A DNA stretch of 64,000 nucleotides from Bacillota bacterium (GTDB lineage Bacteria; Bacillota; Limnochordia; Darwinibacteriales; DTU012). Under the pieces are notes generated by a model. The model ran no database searches and had not been told where the DNA came from. It saw only the letters and a program-made list of their open reading frames with translations. This document shows, in pieces, positions 60,437 to 64,000 of this stretch. The stretch spans positions 79,105 through 143,104 of the forward strand of contig JAAYMV010000089.1 of the NCBI GenBank assembly GCA_012521185.1, in the 5' to 3' direction. A program made the position numbers and the translations under genes. Position 1 is the stretch's first letter. Every line of letters starts with the position of its first letter.

Positions 60437-60808
60437 TTACTTTCGTTTAGGGTTGCTGACTCGTACGCCCTGAACGCGGATATTAATAGACTCCACTCGC
60501 AAGCCTAACTTCTCTTCCACAGCATACTTAACCCGCTCTTGAATATTTCGTGCCACCTCAGAAATTTTCACGCCGTATTGCACGACAATATAGAGAGTGA
60601 CACTCACACTATCCTCTTCATGAAATTGGACATCTACGCCTCTTTCGAAAGAATCTATTCTCAACAATTCAGAAATGCCTTCCTGAACATTTCGCGAAGC
60701 CATTCCAACTAAGCCATAGCATTCCATGGCCGCTGCTCCACAAATTTTACCAATCACTTCTTCACTTATGGTAATACTTCCTAATTCGGACTGGATTCTT
60801 TGCACCAT
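60437..60808 (-). CDS. Asp23/Gls24 family envelope stress protein (YloU)
   Basis: 123 aa (GSITISEEVIGKICGAAAMECYGLVGM...). Confidence 0.9.
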   Translation of the reverse strand: MVQRIQSELGSITISEEVIGKICGAAAMECYGLVGMASRNVQEGISELLRIDSFERGVDVQFHEEDSVSVTLYIVVQYGVKISEVARNIQERVKYAVEEKLGLRVESINIRVQGVRVSNPKRK

Positions 60809-60919
60809 AGTAATCCCCCCTTAAAAAAGATAACTAAAATTATTATACCCTAATTTACCAATCAACTGACGCTCAGGTTAATTTTATATGTTTCCGTGAG
60901 AAATGTAAAGACTTTTCCC

Positions 60920-60948
60920 TTGCAAACAAACAAATGGTATGCTACAAT
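60920..60948 (+). promoter_or_regulatory. Extended -10 sigma-A promoter of rpmB
   Basis: TTGCAA (60920-60925), a 17 nt spacer ending in TGC, then TACAAT (60943-60948), 45 nt upstream of the rpmB ATG. Confidence 0.65.
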
Positions 60949-60992
60949 TAGTAACAGTTAATAGGAACTAGAGGTTAAAGGGGGTTAGAAAT

Positions 60993-61184
60993 ATGGCTAG
61001 AAGATGCATTGTTTGCGATAAAGGAACTCAAACTGGAAATAATCGTAGTCATGCACTTAACAAAACCCGCCGTACTTGGAAACCAAATTTACAAAAAGTA
61101 CGGGTGTTAGTAGAAGGTAGTCCTCGCCGTGCATATGTATGCACTAGATGCTTGAAGGGCAACAAAGTTGTAAGAGCTATCTAA
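60993..61184 (+). CDS. rpmB: 50S ribosomal protein L28 (Cys4 zinc form)
   Basis: 63 aa ([34 protein letters not shown]...CTRCLK). Confidence 0.98.
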   Translation: MARRCIVCDKGTQTGNNRSHALNKTRRTWKPNLQKVRVLVEGSPRRAYVCTRCLKGNKVVRAI

Positions 61185-61211
61185 AACCCCTTCGATAATA
61201 GACTGAATAAC

Positions 61212-61240
61212 AAAACCCCAGAATTATGTTCTGGGGTTTT
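61212..61240. terminator. Bidirectional terminator shared by rpmB (+) and thiN (-)
   Basis: A 12-bp stem AAAACCCCAGAA-UUAUG-UUCUGGGGUUUU with U-tracts on both strands. The thiN stop codon (61224-61226) lies in the loop. Confidence 0.8.
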
Positions 61241-61874
61241 CTGTTTCTACAATAGCCAGCAAAATACCGTCTTTTTTGGTAATCTTCACAGTTGAACTAA
61301 TTGTTAGATTACTAATAGTTCTAGTTTGACCTTTAGTAAGCTTAGCATTGACTAAAGGATAATATAGTCCTTCGGTGCTAACTCCAGTAACTGTTGGTGT
61401 TAGCGGCAATAAGGAAACAGTAGTGTCTAGAGGCAGTTCCAACGTCAAAGACTGATTCACCAGAAATATTTGGGCTTTTCCAGTCAATAATTGAGCATTA
61501 AGCCCTCTTAGTCCTAGTTTGTACAGAATTTCTAAGTTACCCAAACTATGGTCGATTCTACTACCCCATGCTCCAGTTAGGATAAATTCTGTTATTCCCA
61601 ATGAAACAGCATAATCTACAGCTATTTCTAAATCCGTTTGGTCTTTTTCAACTGGATACTCTAAGATAGGTATTTCTTCTAAAACTAAAGATTGCCGATG
61701 TTCAGGGTCAATTGAATCTAAATCACCTACAAGCAAATTTGGAGTTAATCCCCAGTCCTTGGTATAAGAATATCCTCCGTCTATACTTATTACTAAAGTA
61801 TTAGTTGTAATATCAGGAGGAGTCTTTGGAAGATCATCTCCAAATCCGATAATCAAACATTTATCCCACTTCAA
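61224..61874 (-). CDS. thiN: Thiamine pyrophosphokinase
   Basis: 216 aa (GDLDSIDPEH..., DQTDLEIAV) at the yloS/thiN position. It overlaps thiT by 14 nt. Confidence 0.9.
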   Translation of the reverse strand: MKWDKCLIIGFGDDLPKTPPDITTNTLVISIDGGYSYTKDWGLTPNLLVGDLDSIDPEHRQSLVLEEIPILEYPVEKDQTDLEIAVDYAVSLGITEFILTGAWGSRIDHSLGNLEILYKLGLRGLNAQLLTGKAQIFLVNQSLTLELPLDTTVSLLPLTPTVTGVSTEGLYYPLVNAKLTKGQTRTISNLTISSTVKITKKDGILLAIVETENPRT

Positions 61875-62397
61875 ATAATTCCCTCCGACTAATCAGAAGC
61901 ATAATTACTAACCCAGTGATGATTAACTCCGGAGCTAAATGCGTAAGATTATAAGTAATAGAATACCACCAGGGATTGATTCCGGCTGGTGCATATTCAC
62001 CAAAAAATACTTTACCAGCAATTGTATGTGCTAATAACCGTAGGAAAAAACCTCCGCTTAACACAGCAAAATTACGCAAATGTCCTTTCCATTCCTGAGT
62101 ATACTTGATTCTAAAGCCCACCACTCCAACCAGCATAAAAGCAATCGGATAGTCCAGTAATCCTTGAACAGGATGATAAACATTTGGACTAAGTAGCATT
62201 CTGATCACACCAAATAGCAATCCAGCTAAAACACCTACTCCACCACCATGTCTAGCAGCAAGGATCACTAGTGGCACCATCTGTAATGATACTGATCCGC
62301 CTTGAGGCATACTAAATAACTTTAAATATGATAAAGCTATACCGAGAGCAATTAAAACCGCAATCTCAACTTGTGTGGATAATTTTATTTTTTTCAT
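61861..62397 (-). CDS. thiT: ECF-type thiamine transporter S-component ThiT
   Basis: About 178 aa six-TM protein (MKKIKLSTQVEIAVLIALGIALSYL...) directly downstream of a TPP riboswitch. The start is the ATG at 62397, 6 nt after GGAGG. Confidence 0.85.
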   Translation of the reverse strand: MKKIKLSTQVEIAVLIALGIALSYLKLFSMPQGGSVSLQMVPLVILAARHGGGVGVLAGLLFGVIRMLLSPNVYHPVQGLLDYPIAFMLVGVVGFRIKYTQEWKGHLRNFAVLSGGFFLRLLAHTIAGKVFFGEYAPAGINPWWYSITYNLTHLAPELIITGLVIMLLISRRELFEVG

Positions 62398-62433
62398 AAC
62401 CATCCTCCATTTGCAATTTTTACCCTTAATAGA

Positions 62434-62580
62434 CAAAAAACTACGGGCAGCAGTTCCGTAGTCAAATAAAGATTAACCCCAGCACCACCGCTTCCCTACG
62501 CAAGAATTACCCTGACAGGTTCTAAGGGTTCCGAAACTATGTTTCGAATCTCAGCCAAATTGGCACCCCTAGCGGAATCT
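62434..62580 (-). promoter_or_regulatory. TPP (THI-box) riboswitch with terminator expression platform
   Basis: The minus-strand aptamer (62575-62488) reads CCGCUAGGGGUGCC...GGCUGAGA...ACCCUUAGAACCUGUCAGGGUAAUUCUUGCGUAGGGAAGCGG, which contains the canonical conserved blocks. It is followed by the terminator ACUACGG-AACUGCUGC-CCGUAGU plus UUUUU (62462-62435). Confidence 0.92.
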
Positions 62581-62608
62581 TATAGTTTTATAGGAAGTAT
62601 ATTCTATT

Positions 62609-62884
62609 AAAAATGAAAAATCCCTTTTATAAAATCAAAAGGGATTGTGTTAGCTTATTATTTTTTTGTGATGTGTCTAGACACTTACCGCCTAATGCTT
62701 GCTGTTTGTGCCATTGATTTCGCCACTTGTTATGCCCAAGGGAGATGGATTTTTATGTGGTAATTTTAATTTTTAATATGTTAATCTTGATAAGATTGCG
62801 GTTTATAATCTACCTATAAACATTTATCACCCCTCTCTTCGACTAACACAGTCCCTTCTGATTGCCAATAAATTGACTAGGTTC
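62609..62884 (-). ncRNA. Candidate non-coding transcript / leader of unknown class (promoter to terminator, about 275 nt)
   Basis: It runs from a perfect consensus promoter to the hairpin AAUCCCUUUU-GAUUUUAU-AAAAGGGAUU plus UUUCAUUUUU (62646-62609). The longest minus-strand ORF I could read by eye is about 13 codons. No transcript data are available. Confidence 0.35.
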
Positions 62885-62890
62885 AATTAG

Positions 62891-62919
62891 ATTATAAAAC
62901 CAATTTTCAGACATGTCAA
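62891..62919 (-). promoter_or_regulatory. Perfect-consensus sigma-A promoter with no adjacent gene
   Basis: Minus strand TTGACA (62919-62914), a 17 nt spacer and TATAAT (62896-62891). Confidence 0.65.
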
Positions 62920-63003
62920 GTAAAATTATAACTTTTTCCATGATTTCATTACATTTTAGAAGTTTGTCAAATTATTTTTAGATATATTTTAGAATATCAG
63001 ACG

Positions 63004-63028
63004 ATAAAAAAAGCCAGAAATCTGGCTT
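63004..63028 (-). terminator. Intrinsic terminator after rpe
   Basis: Minus strand AAGCCAG-AUUU-CUGGCUU followed by UUUUUUUAUC, starting right at the rpe stop. Confidence 0.8.
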
Positions 63029-63676
63029 TTAATTTGCTGCCTTACGTAAATCCGAGATATATTTTGCAGCATCAGGTGCCCCAAACACTGCCGAACCAGC
63101 TACTATCATATTAGCTCCAGCTTCAACTACTTGGGCAATATTATTTAGGCTAATTCCTCCATCTACTTCTAAATCAATATTTCGGTCACCAATCAATGAA
63201 CGAGCATCTTTAATTTTGTCATACATCTTAGGGATAAATTTCTGACCGCCAAACCCTGGGTTAACAGTCATTACTAAGATTAAATCTAGATCATCTAATA
63301 CATAGCATAATCCATCCAACGGTGTGTGAGGATTTAAAGACACACCGGCTTTAACGCCATACTCTCGAATGCTGTTTAAAGTTCTTTGTAAATGAATGCA
63401 AGCTTCATAGTGAACTGTAATATATGCCGGTTTCAACTCCGCCAAAACAGGAATATATTGATCAGGATTAGTAACCATTAAATGAATATCTAAAGGTAAA
63501 TCACAGATTTGCTTTACCGTTTGCGCAACCATGGGACCAAAACTTAAATTCGGAACATAATGACCATCCATCATATCGATATGAATAAAATCAGCATTAT
63601 AAACACGTTCAATTTCAGCACCTAGCTTAGAAAAATCAGCTGCTAAAATTGAAGGACTGATTTTTAACCTGCCCAC
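63029..63676 (-). CDS. rpe: Ribulose-phosphate 3-epimerase
   Basis: 215 aa (ISPSILAADFSKLGAEI...HIDMMDGHYVPNLSFGP...DGGI). Confidence 0.97.
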   Translation of the reverse strand: MGRLKISPSILAADFSKLGAEIERVYNADFIHIDMMDGHYVPNLSFGPMVAQTVKQICDLPLDIHLMVTNPDQYIPVLAELKPAYITVHYEACIHLQRTLNSIREYGVKAGVSLNPHTPLDGLCYVLDDLDLILVMTVNPGFGGQKFIPKMYDKIKDARSLIGDRNIDLEVDGGISLNNIAQVVEAGANMIVAGSAVFGAPDAAKYISDLRKAAN

Positions 63677-63693
63677 TAAATCACTCCTTTCTT

Positions 63694-64000
63694 TTAATAA
63701 ACTTTCAGTTTATCCAATTCCTCTAACAAAATTAAGTAATTCTGATAGCGGCTTTCAAGAATTGATTGTTCTTCAACAGCTGCAGTAACTGCACAACCAG
63801 GTTCTTTGTGATGTAAACAGCCTCTAAATCTACATTGCCCTGCTAATGCCCAAATCTCTGGAAAATACTCTTGTAATTCCACAGGCTCCATATTTGGTAA
63901 AGTCAATTGAGAAAAACCTGGTGTATCAGCTACTAAACCGCCATTCGATAAAGGAATTAGTTGCACTTCTCTAGTGGTATGTCGACCTCGCCGCAATTTT
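63694..64000 (-). CDS. rsgA: Ribosome small-subunit GTPase RsgA (YloQ/CpgA), C-terminal part only
   Basis: The ORF is open to the window edge. It contains ADTPGF and the C-terminal zinc motif CRFRGCLHHKEPGCAV. Confidence 0.9.
   Translation of the reverse strand, partial: KLRRGRHTTREVQLIPLSNGGLVADTPGFSQLTLPNMEPVELQEYFPEIWALAGQCRFRGCLHHKEPGCAVTAAVEEQSILESRYQNYLILLEELDKLKVY

Noticed and set aside
1427-60508. About 30 short ORFs (60-143 aa) in the track lie antisense to, or out of frame within, long conserved genes. Examples are 1427-1720, 2580-2765, 7457-7696, 8075-8266, 9594-9854, 11875-12135, 13677-13895, 14335-14523, 18589-18923, 19614-20157, 20656-21021, 24460-24803, 26925-27427, 31489-31794, 34152-34337, 36117-36413, 37001-37891, 38857-39171, 39643-41813, 43185-43388, 44924-45121, 46135-46479, 51518-51742, 52001-52617, 54282-54488, 55553-55768, 58976-60508.
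   Set aside because: Each is fully embedded in a gene with an unambiguous conserved product on the other strand or frame. They have low-complexity or odd composition and no RBS that I could see. They are typical shadow ORFs.
62671-62763. A plus-strand 30-codon ORF (MCLDTYRLMLAVCAIDFATCYAQGRWIFMW) antisense to the orphan transcript, considered as a type I toxin with an antisense RNA antitoxin.
   Set aside because: No Shine-Dalgarno precedes the ATG (UUUUUUGUG-AUG), and I see no plus-strand promoter. The peptide is not a clean single TM helix. The idea would deserve another look only if plus-strand transcription is observed.
62609-62884. The orphan leader considered as a T-box riboswitch, 6S RNA or another known large RNA.
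   Set aside because: AUUAGGCGGUAAG only loosely resembles the T-box sequence (GGGUGGUACCGCG) and lacks the UGGN bulge. No aminoacyl-tRNA-related gene lies downstream. The fold is AT-rich without an obvious 6S-like central bubble. It is too short for OLE/ROOL/GOLLD. It remains unclassified rather than assigned.
1-64000. A search for CRISPR arrays, IS elements/transposases, prophage genes, toxin-antitoxin pairs, restriction-modification or other defence systems, and for tRNA/rRNA genes.
   Set aside because: No direct-repeat arrays, transposase- or integrase-like cargo, nuclease/methylase pairs or tRNA-like sequences were seen. Every ORF above about 75 aa has a housekeeping or flagellar assignment, except the few hypotheticals listed above.

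Overview
The window is a highly syntenic core-genome segment of a low-GC, spore-forming, flagellated Firmicute (Bacillus/Clostridia-like; many proteins are acidic, so possibly a halophile, but no species can be assigned). About 85 of roughly 90 genes lie on the minus strand. Read 5'->3' on the minus strand (high to low coordinates), the order closely follows the Bacillus subtilis map from memory: rsgA-rpe | TPP riboswitch-thiT-thiN | rpmB(+) | asp23-fakA(yloV)-degV | recG | rsmD(ylbH)-coaD | ylbJ(+) | ylbL-like-yceD-rpmF | fapR-plsX-fabH-fabD-fabG-acpP-fabF-rnc | [inserted SigH-like sigma plus LexA-like gene] | smc-ftsY | ylxM-ffh-rpsP-khpA-rimM-trmD-rplS | lepB-rbgA-rnhB | HD-GYP-yraN-dac | sleB-like(+), 2x Lrp/AsnC, comM(+) | Zn-ribbon-dprA-topA-trmFO-xerC-hslV-hslU-codY | then a 17 kb fla operon running flgB through flhA, which runs off the left edge. 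I found no rRNA, tRNA, CRISPR, transposase, phage or recognisable defence genes, so this is mostly ordinary housekeeping DNA. Five points seem worth a second look. (1) Between rpe and the thiT TPP riboswitch there is an orphan unit of a consensus promoter, about 275 nt of non-coding sequence and a terminator, with a long-range helix that competes with the terminator. (2) A SigH-family sigma factor and a divergent LexA-like protein with a dead protease domain are inserted between rnc and smc, and the LexA-like gene overlaps the 3' end of rnc convergently. (3) The fla operon has a single FliY-like switch protein and no fliM. (4) A structured 170 nt leader lies upstream of rsmD, which is the ylbH-leader position. 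(5) The yraN-dprA interval is rearranged, with comM inverted and tandem overlapping Lrp/AsnC paralogs. All calls come from reading the sequence and ORF track by eye; no database search or folding program was run. Start codons were re-picked by hand from Shine-Dalgarno spacing where the ORF track over-extends.
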